63,853 nt of DNA, filler included, from Octopus bimaculoides (GCF_001194135.2; 7 parts of 7 records of this genome joined end to end with filler, not necessarily neighbours in it), one strand, 5' to 3'; positions 24,704-36,850 are shown, counted from the first letter of the whole stretch. Notes: generated by a model not told the origin, from the sequence alone. Program-made: numbers and translations.

Positions 24704-25410
24704 CATCATCATCATCATCATTATTGTTTAATGTCCACTTTCCATGCTAGCATGGGTTGGATGATTTGACTGAGGACTGGCAAACCAGATGGCTACGCCT
24801 GGCTCCAATCTGATTTGGCAGAGTTTCTACAGCTGGATGCCTTTCCTAACGCCAACCACTCCAGGAATGTAGTGGGTGCTTTTACATGCCACCGGCTCGA
24901 AGGCCAGTCAGGCGGTACTGGCAATGGCCACGCTCAAAATGGTGTATTTTATGTGCCACCTGCATAGGAGCCAGTCCGGCGGCACTGGCAACGACCTCAC
25001 TCGAATGTCTTTTCACGTGCCACCGGCACAAGTGCCAGGAAGGCAACGCTGGTAACGATTACGCTCAAATTGTGCTATTTATGTGCCACTGGCATGGAAG
25101 CCAGTTAGCTGCTCTGGCAACGATCATGCTCGGACGGTGCTCTTAGCGCTCCACTGGCACAGGTGCCATCACAATTTCGCTTTCACTTGCTCCAACAGGT
25201 CTTCCTAAGCCGAGTTTGGTGTCCAATGAAGGAGACTTTGGCATGGGTGCCAGTCATCGAATTTATTTCGATTTCACTTGCTTCAACAGGTCTTCGCAAG
25301 CAGTGTTTAGTGTCCAATGGAGGAAAGGTACGCATAAGTGGGCTGGCTACACCCCTGGCAGAGAGGCCTTGGATTATGGTCTCACTTGGCTTGCCAGATC
25401 TTATCACACA
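24704..25410 (-). mobile_element. Long RTE 3'UTR copy with internal tandem modules
   Basis: (CAT)n tail, family D body, ~60-bp and ~95-bp internal repeats, ending at CTCACTTGGCTTGCC (reverse of ORF end QAK*). Confidence 0.85.
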
Positions 25411-26343
25411 CAAACTCAAGAATATAAGAGGTGGGTGGGGATATATATGTGCAGTAGAGTGTGAAAGGGGTGGGACTAAATATTAGAGATGGAGATTGAA
25501 ATGAACATAGTAAATAGTATCATTGGGAAGGCTTGACAGGATTTTGTTTTGTTTTTCTGAGATTAATGGGTCTTCTTAAGCACAGCATATTGCCATTCAG
25601 CTCAGATTTTTGTCATCTCTTCTGTAAGGCTCAACATTTTCAGGTTGGTCTTCATTACCTCCTTCCACGTTTATGTATTCTTCCATAATGAGCACCAAAA
25701 AAGGTTCTAGAAACTATTGAATGTTGTATTTTCTGGTTTTATCAGGACATTTCTGTCATTCTTTCACTCATTATGTAAAAGATTGAACACCTTCAATTTC
25801 TCACAACAGCAACAACAAGAGACAGTGGCAGTTGACATGGATTCAAGAAGTTGTTGGGATACAAATCTCTTAACCACACACATGGTAACCATATTTTTCT
25901 TCTCACGATTTCAATAAACAATTGTTTCAATTTTGTGTTTTTCCTTCATTAATCCTTTTGTTCCATTCACCATATTTACCAGGGTATACATTATGCTTTT
26001 TTACATCTTCAAATGAACTTAAAATTGTCCTGCATCAAATGCAGCTAAATGGTTACGCATGGAAAACCAAGTGACCATAGGTTAGGGACCCATATGAGCT
26101 TAACATTACTGGGCACAATAATTATTCCCAATTACAAAATATTGAAAACAAGCCAAGATATTAGTCTATTAACAGAAACTTATGAAAAATGGCTTATAGT
26201 ACGTCATTCATTTTATGTGAGGTCACATCATCTCATTATATCTCCTTCCTCAGCATATATAACCCACACCTGATATGTGTCTTGTCTTATTTAATGACTG
26301 TGTTCCCCTTAAGAAACTTTTTTCTTTTAATTATCTAAATATA

Positions 26344-26949
26344 GCTAATTCCTCAGATCATTGGATCAGCAAAGCTAATACTCAATGTAGTGTCCATTGC
26401 AACAGATACATTTATACAATTTCTGAATCCTCTTTGAAAAAATTCACATCTGCACTATTGTACCCACTCCTTCTCAGCCACATTGACCTCAGCTGTGTCA
26501 ATAAATTGTTGTTTACAAACACCATCCTTCATTGGACTAAATGAAAGTGAGAGGGTGTGCATCCGTCACAGGGAACCACTGACCAATCCTCTTTGTCATT
26601 TCCCTGACTTGTTGCCAAAGATGCGTGTTGGTTGTACATTTTCATGGTGAATATGGATCACATTTAGATTGTTTGGTCTCTTAATGGCTTCTCTCAACTT
26701 TTTCAGTGCCTCAATGTACTGCTCACTGTTCAAGGTGTAGCAACATTTCAGACAGTCAAGAGAAATGACATTATTATCATCCTAAAAAAAAAAAACAGTA
26801 ATCATGACTTTCTCTGATGATCATTGGTTCTTGAAAGGGAACAAGATGTGTAACATCATTCTATGGGACTCAGAATTTGTTTCTGGATCATATAGATACA
26901 CCCACATTTCACCTCCTGTAACCAGACTGAAAAAATGTCTGCAATAGTT
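26344..26949 (-). mobile_element. Second, partial copy of the decayed mariner at 18292-18906
   Basis: Near-identical over ~600 bp, including LVTGGEMWVYLYDPET. Confidence 0.9.
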
Positions 26950-27528
26950 CACTTCAGAAAGTGGATGACAACAAAACCATAATAGAATCATGCCACACAC
27001 ATGGCTCATTGCAGTCACTCAAAACATCACAGCCAGATATATAAATATTACATTTAGTATAGCAATTCTCTTGACCAAAATGTAGGTAACCATAAAACTG
27101 AAATACAGGACTCCCATGTCATAGTTTACTTAGGATAAATTTGTGGTTTCAGACTCCATTCCAGCATTCATGCAGTTGCATGAAACTTTAGTCACAAGTT
27201 TCAATAAAAAAAAAGATATTCTCTACAACAGGCACTCCTCTCATTTGTTCAGCATTAAGCAACATATGAATAAATGGCATCCATGAGGCAGAACACTCCC
27301 ATCAAACCAAGAAACAAAAATTGTAACAGATTCAAATAAAGAATGCAATGGAATGAGACTCGAGTTGTGAGACAAAGTCCCGATTTCAGTTTCAATAAAA
27401 AAGACTATATATGTGTGTATATATACAAATATACTTATAAGATAAGGATATAATCATAGAATGACTTAGCACTTAAAAATGACTATAGGTAACATTAATT
27501 TTTATTTTACATATCTTATCTATAAAGA

Positions 27529-27680
27529 TATAGTTATGGGCTACTGGAAATGACCAGCACCAGTGCTAGAAATAGGTGTCAAATACCTATGATCCACTCT
27601 ACAATTTGAGAACAAATTGTAGGTATTTGACACCTATTTCTAGTGTTGGTGCTGGTCATTTCCAGTAGCCCTTAACTATA
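27529..27680. repeat. Foldback inverted repeat (MITE-like hairpin)
   Basis: Arms of ~60-70 bp, nearly perfect, AGAA loop, TA at both ends. Confidence 0.9.
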
Positions 27681-27844
27681 ATTATATATGTATATATATA
27701 TATATATCCTAATGTAGCTGTTATAAAATATATTAAGGAATATATATTTCATGTAGTAAAAACGTTATCAGATATACAACTCAATCCATTGAATAGAATG
27801 GATAAATCTGTTTATCAAAAGTTGATAGTCCATTCTAAATTTCT

Positions 27845-27990
27845 CCTGGTCCACTTTCCATGCTAGCATGGGTTGGACGATTTGACTGAGGACTGGTGAA
27901 ACCAGATGGTTACACCAGGCTCCAATCTGATTTGGCAGAGTGTCTACCACTGGATGCCCTTCCTAACGCCAACCACTCCGAGAGTGTAGA
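27845..27990 (-). mobile_element. RTE 3' end, short
   Basis: CCACTTTCCATGCTAGCATGGGTTGGACG...GGATGCCCTTCCTAACGCCAACC. Confidence 0.85.
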
Positions 27991-28199
27991 AATACTTTAA
28001 TCAAATAAAAAGTATTTTAATTAAATAAGTTCATTCAAAAATTATTTACTCTCAATTAAATTTCACTCATTTTATTTCTCAACAACTATTCTCCATGAGG
28101 CATTCTTATGATTTTTTTATTTTTTATGTCTTATATTCTCCCTTTTGGAAAATAGTTTAACTCATCTCGCACTATCCGTTTATTTCTGTAATAATAATT

Positions 28200-28992
28200 C
28201 TTTATACTTTAGGCACAAAGTCTGAAGTTTCTGAACAGCAGAGCCCAGTTGATTACATTGACCCCCAAAAGTATAAAATGTAAAGTTGGCCTAAGCAGCA
28301 TTTCAACTCGGAATAGAAAGAGGGATAGTATTCTTATTTCTTTATTGCCCACAAAGGGCTAAACATAGAGGGGACAAACGGATTAAGTCGATTCCATCGA
28401 CGCCAGTGCACAACTGGTACTTATTTAATCGACCCCGAAAGGATGAAAGGCAAAGTCGACCTCGGCGGAATTTGAACTTAGAACGTAGCGGCAGACGAAA
28501 TACCACTAAGCATTTCGCCCGGTGTGCTAAGGTTTCTGCCAGCTCGCCGCCTTAAGGGATGGTATTCTGCTAAGCATCTTGTCTGCTCTGCTAGCTCTTC
28601 TGCCAGCTTGACATCTCCTTTTAAAACTTTGATGATTCTGAAGGTTCCATGAGGCTTTAATACGAAATAATCCTCTCTACTATGGGTACAAAGACTGAAA
28701 TTTTGGGAGAGGGGTAAGTCGATTCCATCAGCTGTGGTGCTCAAATGGTGCTTGTTTTATTGACCCCAAAAGGGATGAAAAGCAAAGTTAACCTCAACAC
28801 CATTTGAACTCAGAACATAAAGCTGAAAGAAATGTTGTTGAGCATTTTTGAACAGCACAGTAATGATTCCGCCAGCTTGCTTCCTTGATGATAATAATAA
28901 TAATGGATTCAAATTTTGGCACAAGGCCAGAAATTTTACATCAACACCAGCATTTTGCGCAGCACGCTACTGATTCTGCTAGCTTGCCACTT
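28200..28992 (-). mobile_element. Cascade of four SINE-A copies, including an intact one at 28333-28551
   Basis: Repeated family-A reverse motifs separated by AAT tracts. Confidence 0.85.
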
Positions 28993-29134
28993 TAATAATA
29001 ATAATAACAACAACAACAACAACAATACTAATGATAATAAAAAAGGGGGACCTAGCCATATATAAAGCACATGAGAAAGGAGAAATTATGTAGGTTAAAT
29101 TTGATGGGAAATGGAAAGAATGGTCACTGCAAAT

Positions 29135-29318
29135 TAAGGCACCCATGCTGGTGACATGTAAAAGGCACACAACACATTCTGTAAAGAGGTTGATGTTAGG
29201 AAGGGCATCCAGCTGTAGAAACCAGACTGGAGCCTGGTACAGCTCTCTGGCTTAGCAGTTCTAGTTAAACTGTCTAACCTATGCCAGCATGAATAATGGA
29301 CACTAAGTGATGATGATA
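29135..29318 (+). mobile_element. RTE 3' end
   Basis: TTAGGAAGGGCATCCAGCTGTAGAA...GATGATGA tail. Confidence 0.75.
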
Positions 29319-30337
29319 GAGTTAAGCTTAAGATGTCAGGTTGTATATCTTTGTGTTACAGTGATGTCTATAACTCTGGTCATATAACAAGAGAAAACTA
29401 AAGTAGTCTGCCTTGTATTTGGTGGCTGGTCTCATGGACTACAAAAAAGTTAAATGAGAAAGCTATGTCAAGCCATGTACAAGAGATCTACAAGTTTCAG
29501 GTGCCACTTGAGGTTCTAATCTCATTCTGCTTACTTTCATTCTAGTCATTGAAGCTACCAAAACATCTTCAGAATTGATTGTTTGTGGGATTTTCTTTAT
29601 ACTAACAGTTGAAGAATAGTAAAAAAAAAAAAAAACACTTTTTAACCTGGAAGAGTGGATTTGAGATGAAAAGAATGGAGATAAGTATGTACAATGACTA
29701 AAGAATTAATTTAATACTAAGTCCAGTAATATTCAACAGATAATCAATATATTGAAATTCCATATGGTGTTGTTTGTTCAAACAATGAATGCACAAAAAT
29801 GTATATTGGTAATTCTCAGAGAAAGGATAAGCAATTAGAATTTTAGACATGCCAGAGATAGTGAAATAATTAAAAGCATCCAGTATTAACGATTGCTCAA
29901 TGTAAAGAAATATATTAGCTTTATAAGAAAATATATTTTTCTGAGAAAAGACTTGGGGAAAAAAATTCTGTCACAAAGAAAAAGACAATATTTGTAAATG
30001 CCTATCAGTATTTTAATTATTTCAGCAAATATGGGAAATAACTTTGGTCATATTTCAGTTTATTTAGTCCTCCTCCTATGGTGTCAAGAATAATGAAGCA
30101 TAGACTTCATAGGTCTTGAGAAAAATAGTAATGAGAGAATCATTGAAAAAATGTGCAATGTTATTATTTTAGAGCTCGCTATGTTAGGTAGCATAACATT
30201 AACTTGACTATGGTTTTTCATGCAATGAAATATAGCTCAGAAATTATTGATAAATATATCTCAGTAATTCATTCTATAAAATATGAAAGCATCTCAGTCT
30301 TTCAAAAATCTTGGAGGCAAATTTGATTTGATAGAGA

Positions 30338-30740
30338 TCATCATCATCATCATCATTTAATATCCGTTTTCCATGCTGGCATGGGTTGGACAGTTTGACT
30401 GAGGACTGGCGAGCCAGAAAGCTGCACCAGGCTCCAATCTGATTTGGNNNNNNNNNNGCGAGCCAGAAAGCTGCACCAGGCTCCAATCTGATTTGGCAAA
30501 GTTTCTACAGCTGGATGCCCTTCCTAATGCCAACCACTCCGAGAGTGTAGTTGGTGCTTTTATGTGCCCCCAGCATGGGAGCCAGTCCGGCGGCACTGGT
30601 AACGACCATGCTCAAATGATGTTTTTCATGTGAAACAATCACACTCGGATGGTGCTTTTTACGTGCCACCGGCACGGGAACCAGCCAGCGGCCCTGGCAA
30701 TGGTCGTGCTCGGATGGTGCTTTTAACATTCCACTGGCAC
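30338..30740 (-). mobile_element. RTE 3' end with a 40-bp overlap duplicated at a 10-N gap
   Basis: (CAT)n tail plus family D body. Confidence 0.85.
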
Positions 30741-30793
30741 TAAAAATAGCAGTGTACAGGGCACATGTGTTTTGATCCCTTTTCAATTCATAA

Positions 30794-31200
30794 GAGACAT
30801 GGAGGATATATAAGGAAGCATCTCAAATTACTCGAGTAATTTTATCATTGAAGTTCATACTCTAGATTAAAATCATATGGGTGTAGAAGGTACTGGATAC
30901 AGATGTACTTGAGTGTACTGCTGTGAATAGCATTGAAACTGAAATTCATCAATGCAGCCTTTGCTGGAATGGCCATCTGATAATAGAATCTATCAGATAA
31001 AAGAGGCCCAGCAGCCTCAATTCAAACCAAAAATGCATTTCAAAGATTCAATAAGAACTTTGAAATGATGGATATAAACTGGGAGAGTTTTTATGCAATT
31101 GATTGGCCAAAATGAAGGAGTAAAATCTAAGAAGGTACTGTTTTGTTTGAAGATAACAAGAAGAAACCAGCAGTGATTAAAAGAGAGGCAATAAAGGGGT
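30794..31200 (+). mobile_element. Old BovB-like RTE ORF C-terminal remnant
   Basis: ETWRIY, KHLKLLE, DTDVLE, LCWNGHLI, PKMHFKDSI, DINWES, EGTVLFEDNKKK match the BovB-type C-terminus in order. Confidence 0.7.
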
Positions 31201-31907
31201 TTGCTTGTGGCCCATGATTCTTCTTTCTTTATTTATGATACCTGCAACTGTATTTGCTTCTCCTAAGCAGGTCTGTTTAGTCATGAACGAAAGCACTTAT
31301 TTAGGTCCCTTACTGACTATTCACAATTGCAACCTGTTGAATTATTTCAATTTGTTTGTAATCAGATCCGCAGAAGTAAATCTGAGCTGAAATCTGAGCT
31401 AGGCACATGAAATGTCGTGATATCAATTTGCAGCAGTTTTCACAACTAAGTCAAGCATTTTCATGTTGTCTATATAAAAAAATTTGTAAATCTCTTGCTG
31501 GACAAAAGAGTCATTTCTGATCATATAACGCATAGACCATCTATGAATGTCTAGTAGTAATTTTCTAAGTGGGAAATATTTTATTCTATAATATTTTTTG
31601 TTTTTTATCAGTGGTTCTGAATTCAATTTGTATATAACTGTTGTTTATATATTAATTTCTAGGAGTAAATAATTATTTATTTATTTATTTTAATTATTTA
31701 TCGTTATTCAAACATTTTATTTTCTTTGTATTTAACAACAACTTAATTTTGAATGTCATTGAGTTACTAAATTCTACTGCATTGATAACTTTCCCTGAAT
31801 AACTTGTGTGGTTTTGTGTTTAGCTCAGTTCCTATGTATATATACTCTGTTGGTGTGATGTTGGGAACAGTCATTCTTGATTACCAAGTCAACAGCCACC
31901 ATATATC

Positions 31908-32530
31908 ATTATCATCATCATCATCATCATCATCATTTAACGTCTGTTTTCCAAGCTGGCATGGGTTGGACGGCTTAACTGAAAGCTGGGGAGCTGCACC
32001 AGGTTCCAATCAGATTTGGCATGATTTCTACAGCTGGCTGCCCTTCCTAATGCCATCCACTACAGGAGTGTAGTGGATGCTTTTTACGAGCCACAAGCAT
32101 AGTTGCTAGTTATGAAACACCGGCATCAGCCATGACTATGGTCTCACTTAGCTTCATAGGTTTTCTCAAGCACAGTATATTGCCAAAGGTCTCAGTCACT
32201 GCCTCCATGAGGCCCAAAGTTTGAAGGGTGCTTTTTAGGTGCCATGCAAAAAACCCATACATGTGCCACATAAAAACTACTGTGCTGATGCCACATAAAA
32301 AGCACCCATGCTGGAGCCACGTAAAAAGCACCTAAACTGGTGCAACATAACAAGCACCCATTCTGATGCCATGTAACAAGTAGCCATTTTGATTCCACAT
32401 AGAAAGCAGCTATGCTGGTGCTACATAAAAAGCACATAGTCCACACTCTGTAAAGTAGTTGGTGTTAGGAAGGGCATCCAGCCATAGAAACCTTGCCAAA
32501 ACAGACAATTGAAGTCTGGTGCAGCTCCCT
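31908..32530. mobile_element. Inverted pair of RTE-tail elements (minus 31908-32230, plus 32245-32530 with ~26-nt tandem units)
   Basis: Both carry the GGAAGGGCATCC module in opposite orientation. Confidence 0.7.
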
Positions 32531-32599
32531 TCAAAACCGGGTGCACAGCTGAATGAGACCCTTAAGTTGCCTATTAAATAATCATCTATACCCATGGAA

Positions 32600-32850
32600 T
32601 TGTGTAAAATTTTTGTCCACTATACTGAAGAAGATGCTTCTTACAGCCTTCACAGAGCACTGAGCAGCAGTTGTGATGTTGGCATTTTGATACCAGGTGC
32701 AAATCATCATGATACAGGTAACTCTTTCCCAATATTCAGATAGCTTCCAGTCCTCCATGTCAGCTGCTTCTACACTACACCTTTAATCTTTATGCTCTCC
32801 AATGCCATTGATTGTTCACCAATACATGAAACTGTTCCTGAAAAACAAGA
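32600..32850 (-). mobile_element. Possible 5' remnant of a maT-like transposase
   Basis: MEDWKLSEYWERVTCIMMI...NANITTAAQCSVKAVRSI resembles an HTH-bearing transposase N-terminus, by memory. Confidence 0.4.
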
Positions 32851-32894
32851 GACAAAAAAATTGTCAAACGTAGCCAAAACACATGGCATATATA

Positions 32895-33572
32895 ATGACC
32901 GAGACTTCTGGAGATATGTTGCAATTGAGATGATCTGGCAAGTAAAGTGAGATCACAGCCGTAGCCTATACCAGTGTCACATAACCAGCCCCTTTAAAAT
33001 GTATCTTTGAATAATCAGGTGACACACATGCTTGAGGAGACTTACTGAGTCAAGTAAAATCAAAAATCAAAAATGGAAATTGTAGTTATGGCCAACACCA
33101 GTGCCACTTGACTGGCTCTTGTGCTGGTGGCATGCAATAAGCACCATTCATGTGTGGGTCATTACTAGTGCCGCCCTGACTGGCTCCTGCGCCGGTAGCA
33201 CATAAAAGCACCATCTGAACGTAGCCGATGCCAGTTCCATCTGACTGGCTCCCCGCGCTGGTGGCATGTAAAAAGCACCATCCGTCAATGCCAGCCCCGC
33301 CCAGACTGGCTCCTGTGCCAGTAGCATGTAAAAAGCACCATCCGAACGTGGTCAATGCCAGTGCCGCCTGACTGGCTCCTATGCTGGTGGCACATAAAAA
33401 GCACCCACTACACTCTCGGAGTGGTTGGCATTAGGAAGGGCATCCAGCTGTAGAAACATTGCCAGATCAGATTGGAGCCTGGTGAAGCCACCTGGTTTGC
33501 CAGTCCCCAGTAAAACTATCCAACCCATGCCAGCATGGAAAACGGACGTTAAACGATGATGATGATGATGAT
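32895..33572 (+). mobile_element. RTE 3' end from the last codons to the (GAT)n tail, with ~5 internal ~60-bp units
   Basis: GACCGAGACTTCTGGAGATATG...AAAGTGAG, repeated GCACCATC...GCCAG...GACTGGCTCC, tail CGTTAAACGATGATGAT. Confidence 0.85.
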
Positions 33573-33629
33573 ATTTATATACACTGAGTATGGAGTGTGG
33601 ATGTTAAAATATGACGATGAGTATTTGAA

Positions 33630-34900
33630 AAAAACCCAATACATCTACAAATAATTTAACCATCCCAAAAGCATAATTAAAAACCTAGTAAGGAACATAC
33701 TTCTATGACTCTCTTTTTTATCCTCTAATGAAATAATGTTCAACAAAATAGCAATCCCTTATAATGAACCTCTCAATAATAGTGATTACAAGGAAACAGT
33801 AAAATATATAAATAACACCATACTCACAATAAATTTTTAAAATGCAAGCATAGAAAAAGGAAAATTATCTGGTTCAACCCCCACTCTTCAACACATAAAT
33901 CTCCATATCAATAACCAAATTATTTTTCAGATACTTCATAAACACTTTCATCCCAAGAATAAGTCTCAGAAACTAATAAAGAAACACATTATAAAATTGT
34001 CATATTCTACAACCAACAGCTTAAAAAAAACTCTAGCCAATTACAACCACCAAAAACTGTCAAAAACCAAAATTACATACATAATAACAATAATTGAAAG
34101 TGTAGAACCTTTTATTCAACCCTCTGGAATGAAACAGTTTCCTAAGCAATATTATCTATAGTGTAACCATAACCACAAACACTACATCAACTACTACATT
34201 TACGTATATAGAGTCTGAAACAAACCAGTTCAAAACACGATACAACCCACACTTCTTGCAACCCAAACAGGAAAAATGATATCTCACTATCCAAACATAT
34301 GTGGACATTAAAATTAAGAAATACTTCATTTACCATTAATTAGAAATTATTTTCACATGCACAACCATACAAAGGTAACAACAAACCCTGTCAACTTTGT
34401 ACCAATGAATCCTACCCATAAGTTGACACATCTAATGAACACACCTAATTACAAAGATTTTACTGAACTGAATACTGAACTACTGAACTTTAACCTTCAC
34501 ATTTTCAAAACAAAAGGTTAAACATCCCATTAGTATCCTAATAAACCCAACAACTAAACCTAGTGACACATTGACTGATTAACATATACCTTCAACCTAA
34601 CTACATTCTTGTGTGAATCCCCATGACCTGAAGATGATGCACATAAATATACACATCTGATTATAAAGGTTTACATACATGAATAAATTCTCAACAATAG
34701 TACAACCCCAAGTTTAATCAATAAAAATTCTCCATAACATTTTGTCACCACAACCTACCATACAAGTTAATTATCATTCAACAGACCATGGCATACTCTA
34801 GAAAATTTTATCTTAATAAAAACTATATAATGCCAAGATGGACTCATGTGCACCACAGCCTGATGAAAGCTTAGCTGGTTATTGTCAATGCTGTTCTTGT
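33630..34900 (+). mobile_element. Decayed Penelope-like element (RT thumb plus C-terminal GIY-YIG), Naiad-like
   Basis: SSNEIMFNKIAIPYNEPLNNSDY, HRKRKIIWFNP, IKLSYS, YIE..FKTRYN, LSKHMWTLK, AQPY, PCQLC in order. Confidence 0.8.
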
Positions 34901-34982
34901 TAAAGAATAATAAAGTTGTATTCTGCCAAATGTATTAAGTTATCCTTGAATTTAATGTAAAATTGTTTTTATTAAAACATAA

Positions 34983-35378
34983 ACTCAAAATATCTGGCAG
35001 TGTTGGCTATAGCCTAGTCACCCGTATTACGAACCAGGTGATACACGAAGGAGTCATACCCTATGACTGGTGTAGCAGCATCATAGTCAACTGCTACAAA
35101 GGTAAAGGGGACGCTTTAGATACAAATAATTACAGAGGCATCAAGCTGTTAGATCAGGTTATGAAAGTTACAGAGAGGGTCATAGCCCAACTAATTAGGG
35201 AGCGAATCAATTTAGATGAGATGCAGTTTGGGTTCGTGCCAGGTAAAAGCACTACTGATGCCTTATTTCTAGTGAGACAGTTGCAGGAGAAATACCTAGC
35301 TAAGGATAAACCTCTGTACCTGGCTTTCGTTGACATGGAGAAAGCCTTTGACAGGGTCCCCCGATCCCTTATCTGGTG
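34983..35378 (+). mobile_element. Uninterrupted RTE-clade reverse transcriptase fragment, 5'-truncated, runs into a gap
   Basis: IPYDWCSSIIVNCYKGKGDALDTNNYRGIKLL, MQFGFVPGKSTTDALF, AFVDMEKAFDRVPR with no stop over about 130 codons. Confidence 0.95.
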
Positions 35379-35478
35379 NNNNNNNNNNNNNNNNNNNNNN
35401 NNNNNNNNNNNNNNNNNNNNNNTTAATTAATTAANNNNNNNNNNNNNNNNNNNNNNNNNNNNNNNNNNNNNNNNNNNN

Positions 35479-35524
<46 letters not shown>

Positions 35525-36484
35525 TTCATAAGTTTCACTTAAAGTGTTGCTATTATCTGCAAGAAATCAGTAAGTGGAGATTTTTTCCGTTTTATGTCAG
35601 GCTTGTTATTCCGGCGTGGAAGTGTGTGTCTGACAGAGAGTATTTCCAGTCTTTTCTGGTTTTGGGTGAATGACCGACACAGAATACTTTTGGCTATATA
35701 GTTATCCATTATTTATAGAAATGCATAGATATGTGTGCCTTTGTGTGCATGTGAGTGTGGTGTACGTGTGTGTGTGTATGTGTGTGTGTGTGTGTGTTTG
35801 TGTGTATGTGTGGGTGTACGCGTGTGGGCATGCACTCCGGTATACTTATGAGTGCGAGAGTGGAAACGTGTTTATGTATGTCTGTATGTAAAGTGTATAC
35901 GTGAACGTGCGTTTTTATATGCACTCTCTTGGACGACACTTAAGAAAACGATCATGTATATACTTTTGAAAGATAAAATTCACATATCAAAATACATTAT
36001 ATACATAGAAGGGTGACAAGGTCACCCTCATCGGCATGTAGTGACATAAATTCACAACAGCACCTGAGCTATACTGAAAGCACCATTAATGACAGATAAC
36101 ATACCCGTTCTCCTTTGGACCAGCTGAATATAAAAAAAAAACATCAACATTGAGCGCTACTTCAAACAGATTTAATGTAATCAAATATATTTCTTTAGAG
36201 GAAGAAGCCCATTACCCAAATATAAATAAGCATTATGTTATATTAAGTAAACTTCATAATATTCCTGATAAGAATAAGCTCCTTTTCTTTATTTTTCTCT
36301 ACAGTAAAAAGTATGAAAGCCAAGTCAGTAAATATAAAAGTTTCTCATGTACTTTTCCTTCGTACACAGAAAGACGGGCTGGTGCCTCTGAAACTGCGTA
36401 AGATACCTGAGGCTGATGAGAAAATGACGCATAGAGGACTGACTGTGTTAAGTTTGATGATAAATAGATTTATACGAAGCAAAG

Positions 36485-36592
<108 letters not shown>

Positions 36593-36611
36593 ATATGTGT
36601 GTGTGTGTGTG

Positions 36612-36850
36612 TAGTGAATTTATAATTATAATGATAATCATATTAAAGTGTGCGGATTTACCACATCTACACGCTAGAAATAGGTTTTATTTCTAAAGGT
36701 ATTTATTATTTTCCCTCTGCCCAATTACAACCTAGAATAATGTAGTAGTGAGGTGGTTTTCAGAACCATTTGGCATCTATTTCTAGCGTGTAGGTGTATT
36801 AAATTGGCACCCTTTAATATAATCATTTGTATTATAAATTCAGTATAAAA
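36612..36850. mobile_element. Imperfect ~70-bp terminal inverted repeat, MITE-like
   Basis: TGAATTTATAAT...CTACACGCTAGAAATAG versus CTATTTCTAGCGTGTAG...ATTATAAATTCA. Confidence 0.6.

Noticed and set aside
32255-32450. CRISPR-like periodicity
   Set aside because: The units are contiguous and degenerate with no unique spacers, in a eukaryotic retroelement context.
32781-32837. 57-nt symmetric exon candidate GTVSCIGEQSMALESIKIK
   Set aside because: The donor is weak, and it lies just upstream of a transposase-like start, so it is probably a transposon 5' region.
33630-34500. In-frame TGA as selenocysteine in the Naiad-like element
   Set aside because: The copy also has TAA/TAG stops and frameshifts, so the TGAs are explained by decay.
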